From the human T2T-CHM13v2.0 reference genome, Homo sapiens: a DNA stretch of 64,000 nt. This document shows, one piece after another, positions 1-14,263 of the stretch; position 1 is the stretch's first letter, and each line of letters begins with the position of its first letter. The stretch lies in the NCBI RefSeq assembly GCF_009914755.1, contig NC_060926.1, one strand, 5' to 3'. The notes under the pieces were generated by a model. It ran no database searches. It worked only from the letters and a program-made list of their open reading frames with translations, and was not told the DNA's origin. A program made the position numbers and the translations under genes.

Positions 1-25
1 TGTGCTGTCTGTTCTTTGTGACATA

Positions 26-254
26 GTCACATGGATGGCAGCAGGCAAAGAGAGAATGAGGAAGATGCCAAAATGGAAACCCATGATAAAACCATCCCAT
101 GTCATGAGACTTATTCACTACCAGAAGAACAATATGGGAAAACCGCCCCCATGATTCAATTATCTCCCACCAGGTCCCTCCCACAACACGTGGGAATTAC
201 GGGAGTACAATTCAAGATGAGATTTGACTGGGAACACAGAGCCAAACCATATCA
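26..254 (-). mobile_element. THE1C/D-type MaLR LTR, partial
   Basis: Ends ...ACACAGAGCCAAACCATATCA, the reverse complement of the THE1 LTR start TGATATGGTTTGG; typical CCCCCATGATTCAATTATCTCCCACC core. Confidence 0.85.
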
Positions 255-1200
255 GGCAGCCAAGCTAAAGCTTGATGGGTAGGCAGGAGGAAGCTAGGTA
301 AGAGAACAAGGAGAGGCTGTGCCAGCACATGCAAAGATCTAGAGGTCAGCCCCAAGCTTTTCAGAGGGGCCAGGGAAGCATGCAAGGAGCATGCAGTGTT
401 GACAGCTGACCTGGGCCAGGCCATGGAGTTCCTTTGAAGCCATACTTAGGAATTTAGGTCATTATCTGAAGGTACTTCCTCAAATTCCAACTCTCTGAAG
501 CGGCTTAGAAACTTTGTGCCTGGAAATATCATTTTTTCAGCACATGAAAAAACAATTGAAGTGGAACAAAACTGGACTCAATGATGCCAAGTTGGGAATA
601 AATGCAGCAATCTATCTGGGTGAGAGATGGGCACAGGTTGGCTAAGAAAGTAGCAGTGTAGGTATTGGGAAGAATAGACAGATTTGGTACTTATGGGGCA
701 TATCTTCATGGTTGATTACGTTTGTAGTGTGTGTATGAGAAACAGGAATCTTCAGATGTTTTTGGCTGGGTTGACAGTGTTATCATTCATTGGAATTGAA
801 GAAAAGATGAGGGGAAGGTTTTGGAGGAGAGGATATTATTAATTGGTTTATGACGTGAGGGAATTTGGATGTCTTTGGGACATCTGAGTAAAGCTGCTTG
901 GTTAACTGTCGTACACAGAACACTGGAGTTTAGGAGAAACTTGGGAAAATGAAAAGCCCCAGGTTGCTGCAAGGGAATAGGGTCTAAGGGGAGGGAACTT
1001 GGTTGCAATTAAGGCAGGAAGCTGCAGTTAGTTCTTTGTGAAGATGTTGAGGATGTAGAGGAGTTGGTTAATCATAAAATAAGGATAATATAAACATGTA
1101 ATGAGAAAGATTGAACACAAACATGGAAGATTGTGAAGATGAGATGATGGGAATCAGTAGAAGGCCAGAAGGGACACACATTGTGAGTGATAACCTGATG
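255..1200 (-). mobile_element. Degenerate L2 (LINE2) fragments
   Basis: Purine-rich decayed sequence resembling antisense L2; boundaries approximate. Confidence 0.4.
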
Positions 1201-1746
1201 AGCAGGATGTCACATACAGTGAGTTTGCTGGCCCATGGCTGTAAGAAGGAATCAATGCCAGAAGCTCTTGGCTGAATGGGGGCTGGGAAAGACTTGACAT
1301 TCTCTCAGGAGTCTGAATAGATCATACTTCCAAAGTCCTAGCCTGTGGTACATGCAGAGGCTTTAAATGCAACCAACTCTGCCACACACATATGCATTGT
1401 CTGTGAGCTACAGGCTGCTGTTTACACAGGCACTCAGAATGTATCAGGGACCAGATCTTTGTATGATGAGACTCGGGGTAGGGTCCCAGCAGTCATAAAC
1501 CTACTTTTAGGAGCCAAAACTAGGTCATAGCCTATATTGGTTACTGGAAAATTAGATCAGCTTCGTGTGTAAACACTATTTCAGGGAATGTGGTCCTACT
1601 CTTGGTGGTGTGAATACAGCATGCTATATAACACTTGATGTTTTAGGCAGCATTACTTGACTTGTTTTTTCTTTTTTTGTTACACCACAGCACTTGGGTA
1701 AAATATTTATATGATTCACTGAGATAAATGAACAAGGCATTTCATT

Positions 1747-2303
1747 GAGGAGACCAGCCATTGGGCTCTGGCAGTCGTAGGTCTTTCCTGGCTATCCCGG
1801 GGTGGGGGCTAAAGAGGAGCGTTTTGTATTCTTATATGAGATGGTCAGTTGGATCCAGCCACAAGAGGAGACAGAAGAGAGGATCAGGAAAACAAAGTTC
1901 ATTATACTCATGATCTTAAAGACAGGGGGCACAGTAAACCATGCTAACTGGGAAAAACACCAATGTGGTCAGGAGGCAAAACATAGGAGCAAGGGAAAAG
2001 GATTAGGCCAGAGCCTTTACTGAGGTTTCCACAGGAAGGGCAAGGCAGGACAGACTTAACAGTTTAGAATTGGCTAGTTTGAATAATTTCAGCAGGCTCT
2101 AAGCTGTAAGTGTGGCTGCTGGTTGCCTGGTACCTAACTCTGGGATGATTAAAGCAGAGGCACATTGACTCGTGGGGTGTATGGGCCTGTTAAAGGAGGT
2201 AAAGCTCTGGATTGGTTAGTTTGCTTATCAAAGGCATGATCTTGGCTAGACTTTCCTGTCTTTAAGAATTGGCTAGCCTCAGGAGGTCAGAGGTCAAGCA
2301 TCA
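1747..2303 (-). mobile_element. Old LTR element (ERVL-type, family uncertain)
   Basis: TG...CA-like ends, GC shift and LTR-like motifs (GAATTGGCTAGTTTGAATAATTTCAGCAGG); family recognised only loosely. Confidence 0.35.
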
Positions 2304-2994
2304 TACTATATAGAAAAGTACAGACACACACACACACACAATACAAGGAACAATATTTTGGGTATAGCCATAACCTATTTGAGGCAAATAAACTGGAAAA
2401 CTTTGCTTTAGGGGGATACATGAATGTTATCAGGGCTTTTGCAAATGCCAGGACTTCTGACAACTGTTTAGTGTTTTTGCTTTCACAGCTTCACAATATC
2501 TTATATAGAGAAAATGGTGTCATACTTCTAAGAAATTACTTTTGTACAACATGCAGGGAACTAGACCTGTTTTTCTCCTTTTTCACTATAGAGTACTCAG
2601 TGGCACATGGATTTATGTAAATATTAAATGGCTATAACTTGCTTTGTTAAAAACTGTTATAGAACTATTCCTGCTGATTTCAGTGTAAATTAATTTTGGT
2701 AAACCTTAACAGTTTCTCTTTGTAACTTAAATTTTTTAAATAGAAAATACTATATTCACATGGCAAAACATTCAGAAAGTATATTAAGGCATAACGAAGA
2801 AACTAAAAATCTATAATCCTACATTCTGAAATGGTAATTATGCATAATTTAGAAACTTACCTTTTTACTTATCTATAAAAATATATTTTTATATGAGTAA
2901 ATGTATATGTAATCATGTCAATCAAAAATATTTTCCTCCTATTTTTCCTCCTTTTATAAACAAAGATCAAATTTAGAAATTTATTGTGTTTCAA

Positions 2995-3290
2995 TTTTTT
3001 TTTTTTTTTGAGACAGTTTTGCTCTTGTTGCCCAGGTTGGAGTGTGCAGTGGCACGATCTCGGCTCGCTGCAACATCTGCTTCCCAGGTTCAAGCAATTC
3101 TCCTGCCTCAGCCTTCCAAGTAGTGGAAATTACAGGCATGCTCCATCACACCCAGCTAATTTTGTATTTTTAGTAGACACGATGTTTCACCATATTGGTC
3201 AGGCTGGTCTTGAACTCCTGACCTTAGGTGATCCACCTGCCTCAGCCTCCCAAAGTGCTGGGATTACAGGCATGAGCCATGTGCCCGGCC
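2995..3290 (-). mobile_element. AluS (Sq/Sp-like)
   Basis: Poly-T then TGAGACAG...GCTCTTGTTGCCCAGG...GTGCCCGGCC; full dimer. Confidence 0.95.
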
Positions 3291-6035
3291 TACAGCATAT
3301 ATACTATTAAACATGTATACACATATATGCATACATGGTATTTATAGATATACATGGATATTTATATCCATCTACACACACACACATATATATATATGCA
3401 CACATGTACACTTCTACCCACAAACATACACACATTACTATAACAAGAGCATCCTTCTCTGTTACCAGGATCTGGAGCTCCTAAAGGATGTTCCCAGGTC
3501 ATTCTAGGAGATTTCCAGGGCATGGTCTGGAGGATTTCCAGGAAGAGGTTTCACTTATACCTTCTATCATATTTTACATTCTCATTTATACTAAAAATTT
3601 TGGTTTGATAATATGTTTGATTCAAAGAGCTGTTTGTTATTCTCTAATTTTTTCATGACTTCCTATTTTTCTCTACTGGATCTTGATGAATGCAGTATAT
3701 TCTTCAAGGGTAATAATTAGATTTATTTTGTATGGTCTTTTGATCCTGGCACTACTCTTTTATGTGGAATCTTGCTTTTGTTTTTTAAAATGTGTTTTAT
3801 TGTCTCCTGTAATGCTTCAGGATTACTGTAAAAGGCTTCTGGTTATTGATTTTATGTTTACTTTTATGAATGGCTCAATGTAAAATCTGAGTTGAATCCC
3901 TACATAGATTACATGGATATGTCCTCTGGAAAGCTTTGTATAGATGAGTGGATAGGCAGCTGATCATTGCTCTGGGTCTTTTAAAAGCCAGAATTCTGGG
4001 AGCATTGCTTAGGGGCACCATCAACTATACAAATTACTGATTGATTTATTTCTTACTCTTACCCAGTATTTGATCAATTTCTTTAGAAAGGAACCATTTT
4101 CTCCCAAGGTCTAAAAGCCTGTTTCCTAATGCTGCTATGCTACAGGAGTAGTATGGTAGGAATAGAGAGAGTGATGAGGACTGGGAATAAAAGGGGTAAA
4201 CTGTCCTGTGTAGATCAATGAATCCTCTACTCTTAGCTCCTCTTCTCACTGCTGTGAGAAGCTTACCTGTTTTTTTCCTAGTGCTATTTTCTGTGTGGAT
4301 ATGCAGATCAAGTGAGTTGTCTCTGAACAATAACTCCTTCCTGAAAATTCTAGTCTATGGTTCCCCCTTGTATTCTCAGTCAATATTTTTCAATAACTTT
4401 CATTTCTCAGGACCTTATGTTGTTTTCTTTGTATTTGTACACATTTTAATTTTTCTTTACATTAAATATTTTAGCCGTTGCCCTTTCCACGCTCCTCATT
4501 ATGCTGCCTTTTTTACTCCCTAATATGCTCATACAGAAGGTCATCTTAGTAGCACTAACTGTGGTCAAATGAATAAGGGATGAAGAAGAAATTATTTATA
4601 GAAAAGGATCACATGCTGAGATTTGTAGTACTCGTGTAGCACTTAACACCAGGCAATACATATATGACATGAATGTCTGGCAGGCATTCAAGATATAATG
4701 ATGTCCAATAACATTGAAAAAGAACACCTTTTTAAAAAATTAAGATTGTTTTTCTCTTGAAAATAATTTTGCATTAAAAGCATGTGCTACTTTTTTTTCT
4801 TTGAAAAGAATTCACATTACATGTGTGCTACTTATTGATATATGGACTACATTGTGGTTTGCCATATTAGATTATAGGTTTTGAACCAAAAGTATGATTT
4901 AAAAGGACATGTTAAAAATAAATAATGAAGAGAGTTTAATAATGTAAGAGATCCGTATGAACAAGTAGTGCTAAGTATGTATCTCACTTCAGCTCCTGCA
5001 GTGGGACTTTCACATGCAAATAGATGCATTATGGGTACCAGTTATATGTAGTTATCTCCCTTTTCCTCAAGTAGATGAACGTATGACAGGTTGCATTTAC
5101 AATAATCCCTATGGATAATATTTTTTTCTAAGTATATACAAGATATTTTTTTATACCTTTATTTTATCAAACATTAAGCAATAACTAAAGCAATAAACAT
5201 TGGTTTACAATTTTCATTTATACTGTATCTCAGTTGCAATGTTGCCTAGCATGTGACATATCTTCCACTGACATTTGTAATGCATGTCAAAATAAAAATG
5301 ATGTTTATTGCTTTCTTGGAACTTACTCTTCACGGAGAATAAACCCTGGATAAATGATGCATTTGATCTGATGATGAAATATAAGAACAGTGATATGTAT
5401 TGTTTGGAATAATCCATCAAAAGACACTGTCAGTGTATCCCTAAAGAGTGTGCTTATACTTTATATGTTGCATTTTTCTTCAGAAACTGACTGATAGTAC
5501 CTGTTTTTGAGATGACAAAAAGAGAACAGAAGAAAATGGGTTGCTACATGAAGCAAAAGTTAGTGCATTATTACTCACAAGTAGTGTTATTGTAAACTGG
5601 AAGGCACATATACACACTTTCACTCTGAAAGTCAAAGGCCAAGAAAATATTTTAGAATTTGCACAGCAGTGAAGGACGTGAATATGTATGGAAACATGCA
5701 AGTTGCCTTAATACTCTTGAAGGAATTAAATAATTGTCTTAAGGCCATATATTGTTTAACCATGGTTTATTCTGTGTTATGTAAAATTCTTATAGTTCTT
5801 TTAATAACCTAATACCACTATGGAGTTTCTAGAAGCAATACATATTTGCTATAGAATGGCTTATGGGTTAGTTTTAGTAACTTTTTGTTAGTTTTTTAAA
5901 TTCTTTTTAAAAAATTAATCACTCTTTTGCATTCCAAAAAAAGAAAGCAATACCCATCATGCATGTTCACATATACACATACAGAATCACTAGTCTGCTT
6001 GTTTGGTATGTGGATGGGAAAAACAGAAATTATAC

Positions 6036-7751
6036 TGATGGCAGCAGTGGCCCATCTGGAGTGGCTGCTGTGAAGACAATGGCTGCAGCAGGGGAGGTGT
6101 GGCCAGGGCTGCAGGAGAGTCACAGCTGGGGCTGCATCCTCCCAGAGCCAGCAGGCCTGAAACAGGCGGGAGCCTTGCCTCCTACCAAGTGGTGGAGCAG
6201 GAGCCCCATGCTCTGGGCACAGCTGCAGCCACCCAGCTGCAGCTCTGGACCTGGGCATCCATATACTCTCGGGGTCCCAGGAAGCCACCCTGCCCCCACA
6301 GGCTTGGAAGTGCCTGTTCCCACTGTCTGGCCTTTCCCTGCTCCTGGCACCCACTTTGGGGCAGAGCAAAGTTGTGGCTGAGCCCAGGTGCTGTTGCAAC
6401 CCAGCCAGGTGTGCGTGTGCTTGGGGTGGTGCCGACTCACCAGTCCCCCGCCATTTGGCCCCCTCCAGACATTGGGCACCAACAAACACAAGAGAGAGGC
6501 CAAAGGGGTACTGAGGGTGGCTCAGCTCAGGTCTGCAGGTGCCCCTTGGCATGAACAGCCTGGGTGCTGTGGATGACATGTAGATGGTGGCAGGAGGCAG
6601 ACAGGCTCCTGGGCAGAAAAATGTGGGTCCCTGGTGAAGCCCCACCTTCAAGCCAGGCATGGCCTAAAGCCTGGGGGCCAGGCTCCCAATTCCCAGTGGA
6701 GTCCACAACTGGGAGTGAGGACTTGTGGTGATTTTTCTGGGCCCACCTATGGCCACCCAAGGACCAATCAGCACGTATTTCCCCTCTTCTGAGCCCATAA
6801 AAGCCCCAGATGGACCCAGCCAGACTCACACAGACATTAAAACTACCAGCTGTGGGAAGGAGCTACCCAATTTGGGTCTCCTCAACTCATTCAGACAACC
6901 TGCCTGCAGATAGGAGCTACCCACTCCAGATCTCTGCTGAGAGCTGGACACTCATCAGGACGACCTGCCCGCAGAAAGGAGCTACCCACTCTGGGTCTCC
7001 TCTCTGTGGAGGGCTGGAAACGCATTGGGCTGACGTGCCTGCAGAAATGAGCTACCCACTTTGGGTCTCCTGAGAGCTGTTCTCTGTTCTGTCACCCAGT
7101 AAAGTTCCTCTCTGCCTTGCCCATCCACCTACCAGTTTTTCATGTACCTCATTCTTCCTGGATGTGGAATGAACTCGGGACCCACTAACTGGTAGGGGAC
7201 TAAAAGAGCTGTAACCCAAACAGGGCTGAAATGACCCCCTGCTTGCCACTTTGCAGGTGATGAGAAGGAGAGAAGAGCTGTGGCCCTTCAGGGAGCCCAG
7301 ACCTAGAAGCTCCACGAGCCAGTGCTGTGACACCCTCTTTGGGGCTGTGCAGTTTCAGATGTTTCCAAGCATCCAGACGCCACTGAATTCTCATCCAGAT
7401 TTGGGTGCCCACAGCAGAAGTTGCTTGGAGTGCATCTGATCCAGCTCCAGGCTTACACAGATCCAGTGCCTGTGCCAGTGCCTGGAGCTGCCTGCCCCAC
7501 TGCAGCAGCTGGCATGCCTGGCTGTGCACAGTGGCTGGACCTGGTTCTCACTTGCTCACACACCCCTCACCTCTCTGCTCCTGGCTTGCCTTTGGCTGGT
7601 GTGGAATCTGGGCTGTAGCAAGAGCTGAGCACAGCCTACCAGGCCGAGTGGGCAGAATGAGCCCAGCAGGCCCAAGCAAAACTTGGGCAAAGGTACCACC
7701 AGCCACAGAGGTTTCTGGCTGGAAAAGTGACACCCTAGGGATCCTGTGACA
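6036..7751 (+). mobile_element. MER52(A)-type solo LTR (ERV1)
   Basis: Starts TGATGGCAGCAGTGGCCC, ends GGATCCTGTGACA; about 1.7 kb and GC-rich; internal GAGCTACCCA repeats; flanks ATAC/GTAT may be a decayed 4-bp TSD. Confidence 0.85.
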
Positions 7752-8524
7752 GTATCAGAGTTCCTTCCCCTTACTCTCCTTCCCTCCCACCCTCTGTACA
7801 CACAAGAATGCAATTCTCTAATTTCTGACCCAAGATGGATGATTCTTGTAGGCTGTGTAATTTACTCCTTTGCTGACATGGAATTAATGGTTCCTCTAGA
7901 TGAAGGATTAGCCCTGTTGCTACCATTTTTCCCATCTTTGTGTAACCTGAGAACTAGCATTTGACATCCAAGCCTTAGCCTCAAGATACAGATATAACTC
8001 AACTAACAGCATCCTTAGTCTATGATGACAGCTTAGACTTCTAAGTACTTTTCTCTTCCCTGCCCTAGCAGGGATTTCCATGACAGCAAGGCTGTCTTCT
8101 CTAGTCTTCCTTTCCTTAGGCTGTTACTTCAAACACTAGAAGCTTGTCTTTTATTGACTTATTTTCTCACAAGTCAGACAGAAGTGTAAGGGTTTGGCTA
8201 CTGTTGATATAAACTTTTATCTCATTTAGGGAGATGAATCATTCTTCTCTCTGGATTGTGTTAACCAGGACCAAATGATCTCTTATTTTATGATAGATTT
8301 TGATCCAGTACATTCTTGCTATCTAAAACCTGAATGTTCATCTACCCTTAACTTCTATTTTTTCATCAAGGGTAGAATATAATATGAAGAAGGAAATTCC
8401 TATTCCTAGACTGAAACTTGCTTCACTTTCTTTGTGTGTAGCTCCTAACATTAGATATAAACAAATATGTAATTAAGAAATATTTTTAAATAGGGTTAGG
8501 TTACCTTAAAATTAATGATACAGG

Positions 8525-8710
8525 ATAGCAGTGTGTTGAAAATTAGACCCTGGAGAGAGGGATGGTGCCTGTACTCAGATGCTAGGTTGGTCACATACTA
8601 GCTGTGTGGCCTTATTCAGTTACATAGATTCTCTGTGCCTTAGTGTCTTCATTTGTAAAAGGGGGATAAAAATTAAATCTGCTGCCTTTGGTTGTTGTGA
8701 ATCTTACTGT
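8525..8710 (+). mobile_element. MIR
   Basis: MIR core-like ACTAGCTGTGTGGCCTT...CTCTGTGCCTTAGTGTCTTCATTTGTAAAAGGGGGATAA. Confidence 0.65.
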
Positions 8711-8784
8711 TTCAGACAATTCTGTTTCAACTATTAGCTGTTATTAATCATGATGACAATACTAACACTATTAACGAAAGACAG

Positions 8785-8950
8785 TTTGTATATGTCATTT
8801 CATTTTGGTTCTTTCAACAATGCTGAAATAAGATATGTTATTCTCATTTTTTAGGTAAAAATACTAAAGCCCAGGAAGTTTTATTAATTTTTGCCAGGTC
8901 ATTCAGTCCGTCTGTGTCTAAACTAAGCTCAAATTTAAGATTCTCCCTCA
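8785..8950 (-). mobile_element. MIR (antisense)
   Basis: TTATTCTCATTTTTTAGGTAAAAATACTAAAGCCCAGG...TTGCCAGGTCA resembles the reverse MIR core. Confidence 0.5.
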
Positions 8951-10160
8951 AAAGCCTTTTTTCTCGTCTGCAATAGATAGTCTCCCTTTATTTACTGACT
9001 TTTGTTATAATGAGGATCCTGGGTGAAAACTAGTATTATCAGAGATATCTTATTTTTACAGAGCATTTCAGCAGAGTACATTTCCTACATTCATAGTTGG
9101 CTGTACAGGTTATTGAACTTTATGATATGATGCAGGAACTCAAAGAGCACTTTCCATGACAAACTTAATTTCCTCATATACTTATTCTAGTGATACAGAG
9201 AGAAAGGAAGATGAAGGAAGGGATTCTTTCAGGGGGAAATAAGTGTAGTCAGGATGTTATAGTGAACACTTTGATCCTCAAAGGGTCAGCATGAGAAAGA
9301 AAGTTGTGAGAAGGAATCAAATGTTAGGCAGATATATGAGGAGGGAAATTTTCAAAGACACTCAGTTCCTTCATAAAGTAGTTTAGTCAAAATAATTGTT
9401 ATTAGAAGGATTAGAAGATTAAATGACTTTAAAAAATGAGTTAATTTATGTGCAAGAATATGTCTTTTTACCATTATAGAGATTTGAATATATATTTAAT
9501 CACATTTATTTTTTAAACCCGACTTTATGAACTAATATGAAAAGATGGACACATTGTTCTTTTCTTAGCAGAGTCATATTAAGATATATTATTAAAACAC
9601 TCTCAATTAGTAAAAATGAGATCTTTTTATGGCTAATTTACTGGAGTTATCTTTTTCTTAGATATCAGAGCTTATTTTAAAGTGTACTTCTTAATAATTT
9701 AATAACCCATCTTTAACTTTGAACATGTTAATTTTCTGCTACCTTAATGACTCTAATGGCATAAAAAATAAATAGTACATTTATGCACCATTAAGATCTG
9801 GCTGTTGTTCTGTTTCATACTGCTGGGAACTCATGCTAGAGATGCTATAGTCCTTACATTTTTTAAAGATACCCTTTTACAATTTGAGCTTTGAGAATCC
9901 AGAATTTTAGGGGTCTTTTTCAGGAGTCTTGTTCTTCTCCTAGGCTCTGGGCTTAGGAATAAAACCTCTACTGAGCTGGGAACCCAGCCACTGAGTTATA
10001 TTCATTTCTTTGCCATGGCCTTTGGGGAGACCTTATAGTTTGGAGAGCCTTTGAAAAGAAGCAAGATTTGTTGTATTCACTGTCAGGAGTGTGTCTAGTG
10101 TTTTTGTCAGGAATAAGGGATATACTCAAAGTAAGAGTATATATGAATGTGTGGCAATAT

Positions 10161-10892
<732 letters not shown>

Positions 10893-11079
10893 CTAAATCA
10901 TGCCTTTTAACAATTAAAAATTTTATTTCACATGCTGACATGACATTTTACTGTGTTAAAAGTGGTGGCATTCATGCTCCAATAATAGAAAACAGGGCTC
11001 CATGGAGTAATAGCTGATACTAAGCTTGGGCCAGGAAACATACAGGTTGAGCCTGGAGCATGTTGTAGTGCCAGGAAGC

Positions 11080-11640
11080 ATTTTCTCATTCCATATTCTT
11101 ACCAATATGTGTTATCATATTTGCCAATAGGATAGGTGAAAAATATTTGCTATTATTATTTTAACTAGTATTTCTTCAATTATTAATTAAACATTTAAAT
11201 ATATTTATTGGCCACTGGCAGTTTTCATTTTATGAAATGTCTGCACAATATTCTGTACTTATTTTCAGCCTATATGATTTATAAATGATCTTTATTGAAG
11301 AAGGACACTAATTCTTGTCTTGTACATTGCAAATATTTTTGGCAGTTTTCTATTATTTTAAATTTGTTTATGATAATGTTAACCATAGAAACTTTTTATT
11401 TAGCCAAATTTACCACTCTTCTTACTTTTTGGATTTTTTTGTATTTTTATAAGAAAACGATTCTCATTTGAGATTATTGAAATGAGCACCCAAATTTTCT
11501 TCTAGTACTTTTATAGTTTTATATTTTATATTTATATCTCTAATTTATCTGGAATTTATTATTGCATATTTGGTGTGAGCTTGCAATCTAATGATTCTTT
11601 TTTCCTATGGCTAATAAATGGTTCATTTTTCAACAATCCA
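11080..11640 (-). mobile_element. Old L1M fragment
   Basis: T-rich antisense L1 ORF2/3' sequence (ATATTTATTGGCCAC...TTTTCTTCTAGTACTTTTATAGTTT). Confidence 0.6.
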
Positions 11641-11874
11641 AGTAGATTTTAGAAAATCTACAACCTACACAGACCAAAAATATTCTTGATATTTGTATTA
11701 TGTATTATCACTGCTAACTAGTTTTTATAATGATGATGTTTTAATTCTTATTTTTGCTTCTCTGGCTAGAAGGTAGATACTATAACCTTCTCTTCTCCTA
11801 TACTACCATCATCTCTTTAAAACCTCATTAACTGTTCTTAAAAGGGTGAACTGTTCTCTAAAAGCATAAATCTG

Positions 11875-11906
<32 letters not shown>

Positions 11907-11948
11907 TTATATTTAAAAGGATGAACTTTTTCAAAAGATTATTCTGAT

Positions 11949-12001
<53 letters not shown>
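11875..12001. repeat. Inverted (GT)14 / (AC)24 microsatellite pair
   Basis: (GT)n at 11875-11902 and (AC)n at 11953-12001, read directly. Confidence 0.95.
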
Positions 12002-12003
<2 letters not shown>

Positions 12004-12517
12004 GCTACACTCTGTAGGATCCTTTATTTGATATTTTGCTCCATGAATAAATAACCAAAGTTTTTTTCTTATGTGAATGGAGTTAACTATTAAATTTCAA
12101 ATTATTTTTCTTTCCTTTTAAGATTATAGGTTTATTTCGCCTTTTGCCTAAAAACAAAACTAGTGAAAATTAAAGTATAAAAATAAATACAGTTTACATT
12201 AATGGACATTCCATTCAAAGTAAAAATAATGATAATAATACATCAAAAGCTCACAGCATTGTCTGGCACCTGTATGAGAAAAAGTTGTGAACATAAAATA
12301 ATATGCAAAATACATAGGCTTTTACTTTTAAATTATATCACACTCAAGTTGCTCATCCTTAATCTAAAGCTAACTTTAACTTTCTCCAAAACATACTATT
12401 TGTTTTAGATAATTTGCATTAGTATACCCAAAACTTTTAGCATCTTTCTTACTGGACAGACGCACAGTGATATGAGTAAGCTGAATCCTTAGTTTTTTGT
12501 TTATCACATTTAGAAGA

Positions 12518-12648
12518 TAATTTCATATACTTTGCCTGTAAATTTAAAAATTAGTAACTGGGATTTTTTTGACTGGCTTCTAATTTGATACACCTTGCCT
12601 GTAAATTTTAAAATGGTAACTTGGACTGTTTTGACTGGCTTCTAATTT
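12518..12648. repeat. Two-copy ~62-bp tandem duplication
   Basis: TTGCCTGTAAATTT at 12532 and 12595; GACTGGCTTCTAATTT at 12571 and 12633. Confidence 0.85.
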
Positions 12649-13927
12649 TCTGGTTCACTCATTCTATATGCAATACATCTCAATAAGAAAGTCGAGTTTA
12701 CATGCAGGGTAAATTATCATTTTCTGTCTATAGGTGGATGTGAAAGTTAAATTTTAGGTGGAACAGAAAAATCAGAGAAAATGATCTTTATCTACATATT
12801 CTCATCCTGAAAGCAAAGACAGCAAGGACCAAGTTGCTATTCTTCAGAAAGAGTTGATATATTAAATTATAAGGATATTTTCCATCATATCTCAAGTCTG
12901 GTTGTCAAAACTGAGCATCTTATCTGCTTTATAATGACTTTTTAAGAAAGATTGTTTTTCTGGAAAGTGGCTATCAGTAAAATATTCAGTGTAGATTTAA
13001 TTTTCTTTGATGGATATATAATTAATCTAAAAATTAGTACATTGTATTTCCTAATTGTGATATTGAGGGAAATAGTACTAAATAGAGAATCTAGCCCTGG
13101 TCTCTTATGTAGTTAAACACATCATCAACAGCTAATATAGAAGATGGCAGAGTAGAGGGTTTTCTAGAGTGCCTCACCAACTCTGAAGAAGCAAAATAGT
13201 GTGTAGAATTCACAATGTGAAACTTTATCCAAGAAGGCACACAGGAATTCAACATAAAGTGAATAAGAACTTTAGATATTGGGGAAGAGAAGGTAAGTGG
13301 GCAGCCTGTGTGGTGGTGTCTGACTGAGAGCTGTGAGTGAAGTCCCAATATAGGAGAGGGAGAAAAAGTACTCCTCTGCAATCCACATTTCCACTGGGGA
13401 GCCGTACAATCCAGGCTGTGAGAGAATACCTTGCCCTTCCCAAGCCCTGAATCTAAATTGGAGAGAGGCTAAAACACTATGAGAAGGGACATCACTAGGA
13501 AGCACCCCAAGCATTTTCCAGTACTTGGGACCTGATAGAAAAATGTGATTCTCAATCCTAGCTCATACAAAGCCAGGTGGGATTCTGTGATCTAGCAGCA
13601 GTGGCAGACTTGGGCATTAAAGGAGCTTGGACAGGGGATTGTAATGCTGGGTTTGGGGCAACAGAGGGGCTCCCACAGCCAAAACTGAGAGATGAGTGTG
13701 GCATTTGCTCCAGCTGTGGGCATTTTAATAGGGCTCTCTCCCTTCGTGGGTGGAGCAGAAGGAGATTTGCCAGAGAGGCATGGTTTTGTCCCGGTTTCAA
13801 GTTATACAGCTCAGTGTGACTTTGCAGACTAAAGGTATACTGCACATGACTTTACTGAGTGTCTCAACTTGCTCCCTTTATTGGGTTGGGGAGTGAACCC
13901 TGCCAGGTCTAAAGAATGAGAGGAGAA

Positions 13928-14263
<336 letters not shown>

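Noticed and set aside
6860-7075. GAGCTACCCA repeated at 6860, 6914, 6979 and 7049, superficially CRISPR-like
   Set aside because: Irregular spacing (54/65/70 bp), mutually similar spacers, no cas genes, primate DNA; these are internal repeats of the MER52-type LTR.
5896-7813. Cluster of long overlapping ORFs, up to 254 aa
   Set aside because: They lie almost entirely in the GC-rich MER52 LTR, occur in several frames on both strands and show no recognisable domain; expected from low stop-codon frequency.
9050-9130. Possible host exon after TATTTTTACAG
   Set aside because: Acceptor-like, but there is no convincing donor, the frames close quickly and I recognise no protein; same for TTCTATTCCAG at ~39611.
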